A stretch of 47,660 nt of DNA from Basidiobolus meristosporus CBS 931.73 (taxonomy: Eukaryota; Fungi; Basidiobolomycota). Both the position numbers and the translations under genes were made by a program. The DNA lies in the NCBI GenBank assembly GCA_002104905.1, contig MCFE01000670.1:1-47660 (forward strand). The letters are read 5' to 3'. Positions 26,801 to 38,498 of this stretch are shown one piece after another. Positions within the stretch are counted from its first letter, which is position 1; each line of letters begins with the position of its first letter. The notes under the pieces were generated by a model that ran no database searches, was not told the DNA's origin, and was given only the letters and a program-made list of their open reading frames with translations.

Positions 26801-27307
26801 TGGATCTATGGGAAAGTGAGATTTGTTTTGCTGGAAAATAAATTCCCGGGAATTCCTTGATTTAGTATGCGAGATTTGAATGATGTTTAATATGTCTTGA
26901 AACGACGATTACAATTTCGGATGATCAATCACTCAATGAATTCGGCAATTTAGTGCGGTACGTTGAAATTGAAATCATTGAAAAGCTTGATTGTCAAATC
27001 CTCTTTAGTTAATGCTGGGTGGCATTTTTGTTTATTCCCAACCACGTCGCCCAGGTAACTAGAGCGCAGGTAAACAAGGGCACGTTGATTACGTGTAGCA
27101 TATTGCTGTACCTTCCAGTTCATCAGACGTTCCTGCAAAATTGGCATCTCAGTACAACAATTAGGCCAAGCATATTCGCCACAATGAGCATTTTATGAAT
27201 TGTAAATTCCACCCATCAATCGCTAGAGTTGCGTTGTATCGCTTTTATTGAAAGTAGATGCCATTGATGTTGTCGTACGTCTATTTCAAGTTTTGCAGGT
27301 CTGATCA

Positions 27308-27577
27308 TTAATCACGGCCTTTGGTTGCGGGTTTTTTCCCGTTTCCTGGGGCGGGAACTTTCTTCTTATTATCAACGTTGGGCTTTTTGGCCACTGGTTT
27401 GGGCTTCGCTACTGGCTTTGGCTTTGCTACAGGCTTGGGCTTCGCTACAGGCTTAGGCTTTGCTGCCTGGCCACCATTACGACTTACACCTTTAGAGGGG
27501 AGAGCACCTGCTTGAGCGGAATTGATGGCAAGAGCCACAAAGAAAATGATTAAAATCAATGGACTAGTGAACCTCAT
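27308..27577 (-). CDS. Small secreted Lys/Pro-rich peptide, 89 aa, with tandem AKPKPV repeats
   Basis: Signal-peptide-like MRFTSPLILIIFFVALAINSAQA, then (AKPKPV)x4. The repeat codons vary synonymously. TATAAAA lies ~40 nt upstream of the ATG. Confidence 0.75.
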   Translation of the reverse strand: MRFTSPLILIIFFVALAINSAQAGALPSKGVSRNGGQAAKPKPVAKPKPVAKPKPVAKPKPVAKKPNVDNKKKVPAPGNGKKPATKGRD

Positions 27578-27613
27578 TGTTGGATATATCGTAACTACAT
27601 TTTTGCAGTAACC

Positions 27614-27620
27614 TTTTATA
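27614..27620 (-). promoter_or_regulatory. TATA box of the Lys/Pro-rich peptide gene
   Basis: TATAAAA on the minus strand, 37 nt upstream of the ATG at 27577. Confidence 0.5.
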
Positions 27621-28590
27621 GAGATGGGGTCAACTGTTAGCATCCTAGCGCAGTCAATACTTATTGCTCTAAAAATAGAGAACTTGTTGGGTAACACTAA
27701 TAATCTGCGTTGCAAACAAAAGAAGGAATTCACAATATTCCAACCATCCACGCTCTGGTATCCCAATCAACACATTTGGCAGTTTGTGCCATCCGAACGT
27801 TGTATTAGATAGAATCTCTTAAGATCCGAGAGAAGCGAAGGATAGCCAAGGAACAGTCTAGTCTCCAAAGACATTAAATACTGATATCCCGTATGTGTCC
27901 GACGATTCTTTGCAGTCGCTCTTCTAAGCGCATTTTTTACCTAGCAACTCAGGCACTTCTTTCGGAGAGTTTCGTTGTGGTTTGGGCTATTTTGATCCAC
28001 TACTCATCTTGTTAAAATTAGCCAACCATATAGAAGTATTTGTCATGCTGTAATTTATCAAGTGTAAGGATACTCGATGCTGACTTCCGATTGCTGCGAT
28101 GAGGCTTGGTATCTGGTGGTTTCCATTTTCAGTCTCCTTAGCTCATTCTGCATTCTGGTGACCACGGTGAATAACAATCCTAGCTGGGCTGATAGAACGT
28201 TGAGACTGGTGCATTGAGGTAACACGGTATTGCTTGCTGACTGCACAAATGAGAATGCTTGGATCCTTAGGAAATGATGTGACTGCTTCTGCCTCGGGTG
28301 CTATTCTCTACTTGTCAGTATGGCAGTAAGCCCTGATATTCATATTTGTGAGAGCATGTATAGAAAGAGCCAGCTATCTTGAGCAAACTACAAACTGGTA
28401 GAGGGGACAGGTTGCTTGACGTCGTCTTTGTGACATGCTGGTGATATTAATTCCTGATGATTAGTTGTACTGTACTACGTGATAATATAATTGTCATAGC
28501 TTCATGGATGTTACAGGTTTTTTGTGTTTGTTACCTTAACCATGGTATTGGTAGAATAGCTGCGATGCTAGCCGGTGGATTTCATTGGGA

Positions 28591-28818
28591 TCACAGCATT
28601 TGGGTCCGATTCAGGGTGGTTTTTTTTGTTGCCAGGGTGATTAGGATTACAAATACTTGATTCCAAGATGGAGTTAAGGATTGGTCATACTTATGAGAGT
28701 AACAAAGTGTGTTGCAGTAGTTAGACGATGGGGCATACTGCGCCTCAGTAGCATGCCCGTTTGTACCAGATAGGAACCAAGTCGCAAATAGCACCGTAAA
28801 CAGTGCATAATACAACAT
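28591..28818 (-). CDS. Candidate small secreted protein (MLYYALFTVLFATWFLSGTNG...)
   Basis: Signal-peptide-like start and two Cys in CpG-retaining DNA. Possible donor at 28656. No homology recognised. Confidence 0.25.
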   Translation of the reverse strand: MLYYALFTVLFATWFLSGTNGHATEAQYAPSSNYCNTLCYSHKYDQSLTPSWNQVFVILITLATKKTTLNRTQML

Positions 28819-29489
28819 GTCAAAGGTGTCCACCACCCACCAGTATTTATGCTTTCAAACATTGCATACTTTATGGCATTATAACTGCAAGGAATACATG
28901 AAAATAATCTAGATAGAGTCAAGAAGGTACTCAATTGTGGATTCATCATATGTAGTAGATCAGCAACTTCCCCTATACTCAAAATTGCCTCAACACACTC
29001 TGCATCTTAAGTGTTGTGTGTAACCACAACAATACCCATAGTGTCCATGTCCCCAGAATCTACCCCTACTCCCTATAAGCAATAAATACAAGGAACTAGA
29101 ATAATAACAGCATATATACAAGCAGATATTCATATTTTCTTATAGCTTGTATTCACAGTACTGCAATTTCTAGTGTCTACAGTGACTATCAGACAGCTAC
29201 TCTAGAAAGAGTTGTGCCAGGGTAATTCTTTCACCAAATATCCTAATGAAAGTTGTTTGAGCTCTGCAGGTGTGTCCAGTCTAGAATATATGTCAAGATC
29301 CTGCAAACACCCCATCACAACAACCATACACTTTCATTCTAACCTTTCTTTTCATGTATTTGATAGGATCTTGACAGCCTTCAGAAGGTACCCAGCTGAC
29401 CACTATGCTGGCTGCCAATCATGGTAAGAAACATGACAGGATTTTTATGACTCTTTAGGAGGTTTTTGATCAATATGACACCTCCATAT

Positions 29490-29765
29490 ATTGTATGAGT
29501 TTTGGAGATATTGGAAACAATTGGGAGAACAGTTGAATATTTTGTAGTACTTCTAAATACTCACCTAGTCAAGTTGCTTGGAGTTTGATGTACAGAGCAT
29601 ACAGAATCTTAACTAAAATACATTTTGAGATTTCTTACAATATTTTCACCACAATATCAGGTACTTATTGCATTAGAAGCATCCAAGTTGTCCAAACAGC
29701 CTCAAACTTTGCAAATATGCTTTTCAGGTCTTCCAGAACAAATTCTACATATGTGTTTTGCCAAG
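29490..29765. mobile_element. Copia LTR fragments (rearranged)
   Basis: GAGTTTTGGAGATATTGGAA resembles the inverted LTR start; ~29550-29765 resembles the forward LTR interior (cf. 10440-10650). Confidence 0.5.
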
Positions 29766-29769
29766 ACCT

Positions 29770-32700
29770 ATAGAATATCAGGCACCACATCTTATATACA
29801 AGTCCCTATACCCTGCATTAACATTAAGCCCAACCCCACGCTCAACAAGTAACTCCATTAAAATCCACCACTCAATAAGTATTTCTGCTCTAATGCTCTG
29901 TTTCCATGACTCTGGTGGGAACCCAATGACTTTATGCCACTGTGCATTCACTGGTTCCCATATGTCCTGGTCTTCAGCCAGCACTGCAAGGTCTAGCACT
30001 TCATCTACCAGTCTTTGCAATGAATCCTTGCAATATTCAAGTGTGTTTTCTTGAGCACTACTCTTGAAGAAGTGCTGCAACCTCTTGGTGTGCCTATTGA
30101 TGTTCCAACATTCCACTGAAGGCATTGTGATAACCTTTTGAGTTCTTGATGCTGTTGCTTTGCCTGTCAGTGGGATCTCAGCTCTGTCAACAATGGAGGA
30201 CATGGAGGCTGTGGTAGACAAGTTGCCTTTGTCTGCAAGCTCATCTACCACACTGGAGTGTAGCTTAACTGGCAGCACTGTGGTGGGGCCACAGTGACAC
30301 CCACTGACAGATGTGCCCATTCCCATATTTTCTACTTTCCTATTTCTCTACTACGCTTATTTTAGTGTTATCCCATTGGTCTTATCCAATCAGTACTATC
30401 CCATAAGCTGGCTGACTAAAATACCTGCTTATTCATTGCATGAGTTATCCCTACTTTATGTAAGATCTCTAGACATAAGTGCTTCTATATTAGGCAACTA
30501 CCTGCACTTGGACCTGTAACATATAATTGAGCCATGTCACCATTCCAACCATTTTCATTCCATATATGGTATCCCTATGTTACACAGGTTTCAGAATCCT
30601 AATCCCTGATTGGTTGGATGTGCTGTGCTCTTAGAACCTTCTAACATCTACTTAGAACATTCTTGGCTCATTCTGATGTCATCAAGATTTCTATTGATCT
30701 TTCAAACCACTGGAACACCTTGATTGGTAATCACTTAGCCAGTGAAAAAGGTATGTAAGGGAGGCAAGCCCTCAACAATAAATCATCATCCCTTTTATCA
30801 ACATACTAACTTGTAGATTAGTATGATCACTGCTACCTGCTGCTACCTGAGCTTCCAATCATAGACAACAGGACACTCCCAGGAAACTGTGCTGACAGCC
30901 AACTGACCTTGGAGGCACTACTTGTGAAGAATACTCAGAGTAGGTATCTTTTATTATATTTGATTCTTTCCCAAGTTTGTTCTTGTACAGGCAAAGATAC
31001 TTTTCTGTCTTTGTAACTATTGACCACAGCTGCTTTCTTCTCAAGTACTTGCTGGTGGAGTTTATAGCTGCTTTGACTTTGGAAGCTTTGTTACATAGTC
31101 ATCACAAAGGACACTGAGCCCAGCACATACTTTTGTTAAGACTCCAACCAAGTTGGGGATTGTAGCTCAATAGTTTTCCCTTGACAAGCTTGTGGCTTTA
31201 TTCCCCTTCACATAAGAGTAAAGACAGAACCCAGGTATTCCTAGCAAGCTCTTGCCAGAGGATATCACACCCAGTGAACACCCCACACACATAACACTTG
31301 TGAAGCATTGGACATGTCTCTCCCTTGGACTGATACACCACCACAACACTTCCAACTCTTATGAAAACAATTGTTTTTGTGTTGGTAATTCTTCTTGGCT
31401 ATGGTGGGATTGAGTCTATTCCATGCTTATGTTATTAAATAGCAAGAATTGAAAGTTTTTTCTTTTGCTTCCTTGTCTCAGGCTTTGGTATACATTTTTC
31501 CCTTTACCTTTTCCTTTATCACTGCCAGGTCTTTCACTGCTACCTTGTGTGAGTGCTTCTTGTATCAAACTACATTTTCTCCCTAATAAGTGCTGCTCTG
31601 ATGCATCTGCTTTGGCCTGCTTGTCCCTTGCTGGCATTCTACAGGCAACCTGATGCTTGTTTCCTGTTTGTTTTGAGCTCTCAGCCCAAGTTGTGTCAGG
31701 ATCATAAGGTAATCACTGGTTTTTATCACTGCCAGGCCCTCACAGCTACTTTGACAGAGTCTTCTTGGGTGCAACCACACTTTCTTCATGATAAATGTTG
31801 TGCAAGTGCATCTGTGTCTACCTGCTTGTCCCTTATTGGTGCTCTTCCAGCTACCTGATGTCTCTTTGATGCTTATTTGGAGCTTTTGCCCAGCTTATAA
31901 CAAGCTCTTGAAGAGGCCACTGGTTTATAGCCTTTGCACCCTTGTTCTTCTGCCTTTGATAGTTTCTGCAACTCTTGGGATACCTTCATAGCACACCAAT
32001 GCTGGCCCAAAGTGTGTTTGCTTGTTGGAATCCAGAATAATGCTCATGCAACAATTCAGGTGCATTCTGCTCAGCCTTGGGTTCCTGATGGTCCCATGGT
32101 ATGCCAGCCTTAAGATGTAGGCATGCAAGACTTCTAACAGCCTCTTGAAGATTAACTCACTCTTCATCAGTGCACTCAACAGCTTCACAGATCTTCAATG
32201 TCTTCTGATTTTAGGCTTGGGTATAAACACCACAGCTTCTCCCTCCTATGCCATGGTAGGTTTTTCTGTGGCCTTCCTCTTTGGGCACTGTTGCTGTGCT
32301 TCAAAGACTGTACAGTGTTCCTCTGCTGTTATGTTGGCAAATGGCTCAGTTGTTGGCTGCAACACTGAGCTACCTGAGTTCATTCTTTGGAGCATAGATA
32401 CTGCTTTCTCTACCTGTGAAATTGATTGATCTACACATATTATCTGCTTGTCCTGTTACTGGAGTGTTTCCCAATTTCTCTGGGCCATTGCATCTATACT
32501 ATCAGCCACTGCACTTGATTACCTCATTAATGCTTTGGTATGAACTGACAACAAACTTGCTAATATGGGTAGTGGTGATATTATGACAGCATCTTGCTGG
32601 TCTTCAGCTGAAGGTACTGCTTTTGCTACATTCCCATCTGCCTTAGCATTGTGGTCAGCTTGTGGCTCTGCAGAGATTCTCAATTGCCTATTTGACTGTG

Positions 32701-34050
32701 AGCCTGAGGAGTCCACATTAATACCTTGAGTGGGCACACTGTCAACATAGGCTTTTTTGGTTGCAGCCCTGCTTGTTGCATTGAATGTCAAAGCAAGCTG
32801 TTATCCAACTGTTCTTCTGCTGCTGTCAGCAGTGGGGCTTGGTTGGGAACCAGAAAACTTTGCTATATTTTTAGGCAGCATTTATATGGAAGTGAGTCAA
32901 ACCAAAGGGGAAATGGTGTTACATATAGGTGTATATGCAGTGCCATAACTTTACTTATAATGCTTATTATGACCGGTGATCATTGAATCTTACATTCATG
33001 TAGGTGCAATGTCTCATATACAATACTGTCTTAAACTCACAAAAGTATTGACAAAAGATGATACAGCAGTATTATGTTGTTGAGTGTCAAACTGCTTGTC
33101 CCATGGACAAGACTACACTGATTCAACACCATAAGAGAAAAGAAAAAAGACCATGCGGCAATTGTAACAAGCCTCTCAGCCTTCTGAATATGGCATGCAG
33201 AGTGATAGCTCTGAAGAAGAAGGCTTACTGATGGACTGAGAGCCTATCTTCCCTGACAACAGTACATTGCATGAGCCATGCAAAATCCCAATATGCAATG
33301 AGCCAACACCTGTGGAAAAAATGCCATGGATACTTCATGGAGTCAGTGAGCCCAGCCATCCATTCACTGGTGAATGAAGTAATGTTGTGGCTAAAAAAGT
33401 GGTGCCTTTCCACTAATATCACTCATGGAGGCTTTGAGGATTTAATACTACCTCTTGCCAAAGTTATCCCAGAATGTTACTTACCATGTATAAAGTATAA
33501 ATGAACAACCATCATGTGGCAAGCAATATTTAACCCAGAGACCATCCTGATACCAGCATGTGTTAACAGTTGCATGGCATTCACATCAGAAAATTCCAAC
33601 ACTGCAAGGTGTCCATCCTATCAGGAATCCATCACCATTGGGGGAAAACATTGCTCACACTGCAGACATATTCCAGTAATACCCCATCTAAAGTAGCTTA
33701 TGCAGTCCAACAAATATTGTGAAGCTATAAAGTACAGCACTCAGTGGCAATCAAGTGCTAATATATCCAATATATTTGATTGCAAACATTACAAGCAGCT
33801 AAGAAGCAAGGGCTACTCTGAAGGCATGTATGACTATGCCTTTGCCTTGGCACTTGATGGATTCTCATCAAACAAGCATTCTACCAGCAAATCCTGCTGG
33901 CTAGCAATTCTCATCAATCTGAATCTGCCACCTATCTTATGGTATCAGAGTAGAAATCTTATGGTAGTCTCACTGATATCTGGGCCTAAGTTACTGCCCA
34001 ACCTGGATATCTACCTGTATCCATTGCTTGATGAACTTAGATGGCTGCTG
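29770..34050 (+). mobile_element. Degenerate CACTA/EnSpm-like transposon, copy C (inverted relative to copy A)
   Basis: 33700-34050 encodes NIFDCKHYKQL...ALALDGF...CWLAILINLNLPP...ISGPK...YLYPLLDEL (Transposase_21/Tnp2-type motifs). Position 1 aligns to ~34005 in reverse complement. The second ORF is on the minus strand below ~32890. Confidence 0.8.
30279..31345. mobile_element. ~1.07-kb solo LTR nested in the second ORF of CACTA copy C
   Basis: TGTGGTGG...CACCACA termini and 4-bp TSD GCAC/ACAC. The uninterrupted site reads GCGC in copy A. Homologous to 2874-3944. Confidence 0.75.
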
Positions 34051-35030
34051 TTACATTGGGAAATAATGCAATTCTTGGCTGTGACATTAAGCTACTTGAG
34101 CTGCTTTCTTGCAGCAAAGATACTGCTCTCTCTACCTAGGATATTGCTTGCTCTACATATATTTTCTGCTCATTCTATTTCTGGACTATTTCCTGATCTT
34201 TCTGGGCCATTGCATCTATCCTATTGGCCACTGTACCTAATTATCTCATTGATTCTTTGGTGCAAGCTGACAGCATACTTGCTAAAACAGGTAGTGGTGA
34301 TGTTATGACAGCTACTTGCTGGTCTTCAACAAAGGGTGCTGCATTTGCTAAAATTCTTGTCTGCCTGAGCATTATGGTCAGCTTGCAGCTCTGCTGATAT
34401 TCTCATTTGCCTACTTGACTGTGAGCCTGAGGAGTCTGCATTATTACCTTCAGTGGGAACACTGAAAACATGATCTTCATTGTTTGTAGCCCTGCTTGTT
34501 GCATAGAATGTCAAAGAAAGCTGTTGTCCAACTGTTCTTCTGCTGCTGTCAGCAGTGGGGTTTGGTTGGGAACCAGATGACTTTGCATTATTTTTTAGTG
34601 GCATATATATGGAGGTAAGTCCAGCCAAAGAAGAAATAGTGCCACATATACATGTGTATGTGGTACCACAACTTCATTTACAATGCTTACTGTGGCAGGT
34701 CATCATTGAATCTTACATTCATTTAGGTGCAAAGTATCAAATACAAGACTGTCCTAAACTCACTTAAGTATGGACAAAAAGCAATATAATAGCATTATGC
34801 TGTTGAGTGTCAAACTGCTTGCCCCAAGGAGAAGAACACTTTGATTCAATGCTGTAAGAGAAGAGAAAAAAGACCATATGACTATTGTAGCAAGCCACTC
34901 AGCCTTAAAGTACACAGGCAGCATAGCAAGTATCACAAGGATCATAGACATTGTTTTGCCACACAAGTCATACTTGACCATTCATCAGACACTACTGTAT
35001 ATTATTGTGGAAAATTGTTTAGCATGTGAA
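34051..35030 (+). mobile_element. CACTA-like transposon fragment, copy D
   Basis: Second ORF start on the minus strand (~34610, MPLKNNAKSSGSQPNP) and transposase N-terminal REKRPYDYCSKPLS...H on the plus strand, same layout as copies A-C. Confidence 0.65.
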
Positions 35031-36554
35031 CAGCAAATGGGATGATGGACAACTTACCTATATCTTAAGTCTATCTGCTTGGAACATGACAAGTACAGCA
35101 GTCACAAGAAGAATCTGTTCAAACTTGGTGGTACTACTAGATTTCTGGAACATCCAAGCTCGACCAATTGGTGATACTGGTTGCTCACTAAAGAATGTGA
35201 CTCCCCCCACTGAGCAGCTCACATGTCTTCCTAGTGGGTCTGCTGAGATGGCTGCACAACCTAAAAGGTCACCATCAAAGCTCCAGAAGAGAGTGCTCCC
35301 ATCCAGTGTGAAGCTGTAAACTGTGCAGGAGATTGATGCTCACTTTAATGACAAATTGCAGTTATGATCTTCAATCTCATAATTTTGCAATTTTCAATTG
35401 TCTCTGGTAGCTTGGGATACTGTTTAATTAGTAAAAGAGTTGGCCAAAGCAAAAGTCAAAGAAATATTGGAGAAGTGGCATTTACTAACTAAATACAATG
35501 GCAAATTGTTCTCTGTAGATCTAATATCAACAAGATTGGGCATTATAACCAATTGCAAATGTTCTCTGGACTGCAAAAGTTTAAGATTGAAAGAAATGAT
35601 TGGCATGTCAACTAAGATATAGGTTGGTGGAGAGATCTCTATGCACTTGGCTTGCTCATGGCATTCTGGAACTTAAAAAGGAGGCTTCTTGGTGGATGGG
35701 CAAGCAGTAATTGAAGTGGCAGAAATCATTAGCAAAGAAGAAAATCAAGAAATTAGTGAAGTGCTAATGAAGCTCACACACTATTTAAGTCCCTTGACAT
35801 ACCAAAGATGGCATCAACTCCTTTTAGACTAATGCACTAATTAAGTTTTTGGTTGCCAGTTAGACATGGTTATTGGATATGAGCCAGATTCATCATTCTG
35901 GACTCCTGCAATTGGTTCCTTTTGGGGTTGAATCACATCATTACAAATAGCTTATGCATTTCAAGCTGGCTTGCTGGTAATACTAATTGATGGGTATTTT
36001 GCCAAATTCCTTGGACTGTTTGTACCATATGTCCCCTGGTATCTATGTTCATACCATGTCTCTATTGAAACACATGATTACTTGACCAAATGTTACTTGC
36101 ATTGATGTTCAACAATTGCTGAATCCTATTTATGTTTTGTCCATAAATATTCTGAACGCAGGCAGCATTACGCAACTATCCATTCCAACATCTTGTTCAT
36201 AATCACATTGGTGAAAATATACACAAGTGGCTAAATTTCAATTAGTCTGAAAATCAAGATAAAAGTGATAGCTTTACTTCAACATCAATTGACCAATATG
36301 ATCTATTGAAACTTGTTTCATCTGCCGGTTCAGGTAGTTGTATTTCCTCAAGCAACATGGCAATAACCTCCCCTGCCAGTGTGAATCTACTCTGAACTAG
36401 TGCTTTTTCACAAAGATTGTCCCCAGTTGTAAGTGGAAGCTGTTACTCGCAGTCAATTCTTTCAAAGAGTGCTTTTTGTTCAGTTTCATGTTACAGGTTT
36501 TGCCATTATATTTTAGTTGTGTTATATGATTTACTCTAATCCCCGATCAAGCTC

Positions 36555-36626
36555 GCCTGCTTAGCGCAGTGGTAGCGCGTCAGTCTCGTAAACTAAAGGT
36601 CGCCAGTTCAATCCTGGCAGTAGGCA
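36555..36626 (+). tRNA. tRNA-Thr(CGT)
   Basis: 72-nt cloverleaf: acceptor GCCTGCT/AGTAGGC, D stem GCGC/GCGC, loop CTCGTAA, T arm GCCAG-TTCAATC-CTGGC, followed by TTTT. One C:A mismatch in the anticodon stem. Confidence 0.82.
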
Positions 36627-37340
36627 TTTTAAGGTCCATACTTAATGAGCTGAGTATTGCAAACAGAAATTAATGGAATTTTATAAAAATCAAAAAATTT
36701 ATGGCTCGCTCAAAGTAGCGTATTCCCGCAACAGCATTTCGTATTTCATGATGCGCATTAGTGGATGTTTCAACGATCTCCACTCAAAGTGATACGTCTA
36801 TTTAGCATCCAGTTATACGCCAAAACCCATTGATCTAATTCATCTAGCTGCTGTTAGAATCTACACTCCCGATCGGAGGGTACATGAGTACGGTTTGGGG
36901 GTGAACTTTTAAAGTACCAATCTTTAACTTACGGCCAATGTTAAGAATTGGAAATCACAAAGCAGACATCATCACAGCCCAAGTCATATGAGCGGCTTAG
37001 TAAAGCTGCCTGCAGTACTTGCATAATCAGCCGCCACCACGCCCATAACTATATAAAATTCAGAATAGAAATCGCAAACATGCAAATCATCGCTATTGAA
37101 GGATGTCCTGGCCACTACTCACAGCGAAATCGATAAGCTGGCGCGGATTGACCGGCGGGGCGGAGGTATTTGAGCAGCTTAATATGGCGATTAACCGTAG
37201 CCAAAGGCGACTATCATTGGCAAACATTGCCTTAATTAGGGATCCAATGAGCGGGCCTTGCTTTGAGATGGAGCTTTATACTTTTGAGCGATATGAATAT
37301 AAATGGATTTGCTCGGAAGTCCCAAGTGGCTCATTGAACT

Positions 37341-38156
37341 ATGGTCACTACTTCTCCACTCCTTTGCTTTCTCCTGGCTGCTACACTCAGCGCTGTACAA
37401 GGCCAGATATTGGTAGAGCCTGTGGTATTCCCTGCTCAGTTCGAATCGCGATCTGATGCCTTCTTCGAAGGTACCCGTGTGCGGGCAAATGCCATCAAAG
37501 AGATTGCTCAAGCTAAAAATGACTTGCGAATCAAGAATATTGATTTGATTCCCGCCGAGTTGTTGAGAGATAAAAATCAATTGAACTACATCGCTTCCCT
37601 CAGTATCAATAACAAGGAAGCATACAAGAATGATGAATGGCAGGAAAACTATGATACGAACCCAGAAGGCTGTCGAATCTACGGCCAATTCCGCAAACAA
37701 GTGCAAAGATGCTCCAACGCGTTCATCGCTAAGAATCTTTTCCGGGATAACTCCCGGAATGCTGGATTTCGCTATGCTTATGCATGCACCAATACCATAG
37801 AAATATCTTGCCCTCGAAGTGGGTGCAAATACGATCCTACCAAGCCTGTCTACAATAGTAATAATAAGCCAATTTTCGTAAAGGAGGCCAACATCATGAA
37901 GCCTGACGGTAAAGGAGTCGAGGAAGACATCGAGTTTGCTGATGACAAAGACGAGATAATCTTATTCCCTGGAACAAGAACAATGACTCTACGAGAATGT
38001 CATTCTCGTCAAATTTACTTTGCCACACAGGTGATGATTGGCGGTAGTAAGAAGGATGGCTATTTTGCTCAGAGCGAAAATGCGGAATCTCAAGTGGGTT
38101 ATAGTGGTGATAGTGAAGTTCGTGTTCAACGAGCATGGTTTGTGTACTTGAGTTAG
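37341..38156 (+). CDS. Intronless secreted protein of unknown function (271 aa, six Cys in the mature region)
   Basis: Signal-peptide-like MVTTSPLLCFLLAATLSAVQG and a long CpG-retaining ORF. No family recognised. Confidence 0.8.
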   Translation: MVTTSPLLCFLLAATLSAVQGQILVEPVVFPAQFESRSDAFFEGTRVRANAIKEIAQAKNDLRIKNIDLIPAELLRDKNQLNYIASLSINNKEAYKNDEWQENYDTNPEGCRIYGQFRKQVQRCSNAFIAKNLFRDNSRNAGFRYAYACTNTIEISCPRSGCKYDPTKPVYNSNNKPIFVKEANIMKPDGKGVEEDIEFADDKDEIILFPGTRTMTLRECHSRQIYFATQVMIGGSKKDGYFAQSENAESQVGYSGDSEVRVQRAWFVYLS

Positions 38157-38448
38157 GTCTGGTTTGTAACTAGTTGAAATAAATGGAATATATTTTCCCA
38201 TAGGTAGTTTACGGTAAAAAATGTTAATTACCTAGATTGAAGCTTGTGTGTATTTGATAGTAAATGCGAAGCTTTAATACTAGTTTATTGCTGCGCGCTG
38301 ATCCCTTTCCATAAGAATATCAGCCTTAGCCACCAAGGTCCTGGATAACCAGGTAACGAGTCGCCTTATAAGTATGAATTAAAAATTAGCTTTCCTGTAT
38401 GTCGATTCTCACGAATGATAGGAAGGGCGGCTCTCCCGCGCGTTCCTC

Positions 38449-38456
38449 TATATAAA
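38449..38456 (+). promoter_or_regulatory. TATA box of the subtilisin gene
   Basis: TATATAAA ~45 nt upstream of the ATG at 38499. Confidence 0.55.
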
Positions 38457-38498
38457 CCTTAGCATCCTCATGGATTCGTATTAACTTGAAATTCAAAG

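Noticed and set aside
29401-29407. CACTATG as the terminus of CACTA copy C
   Set aside because: The match to the copy A terminus ends after 7 nt.
1-34050. Giant inverted repeat or composite transposon carrying the gene island
   Set aside because: Copies A and C have different nested insertion sites and are well diverged, so they are independent insertions; no shared outer TSD is visible.
35030-36540. CpG-poor stretch as a specific transposon (e.g. Mutator)
   Set aside because: Probably a decayed repeat, but no motif is convincing enough to classify.
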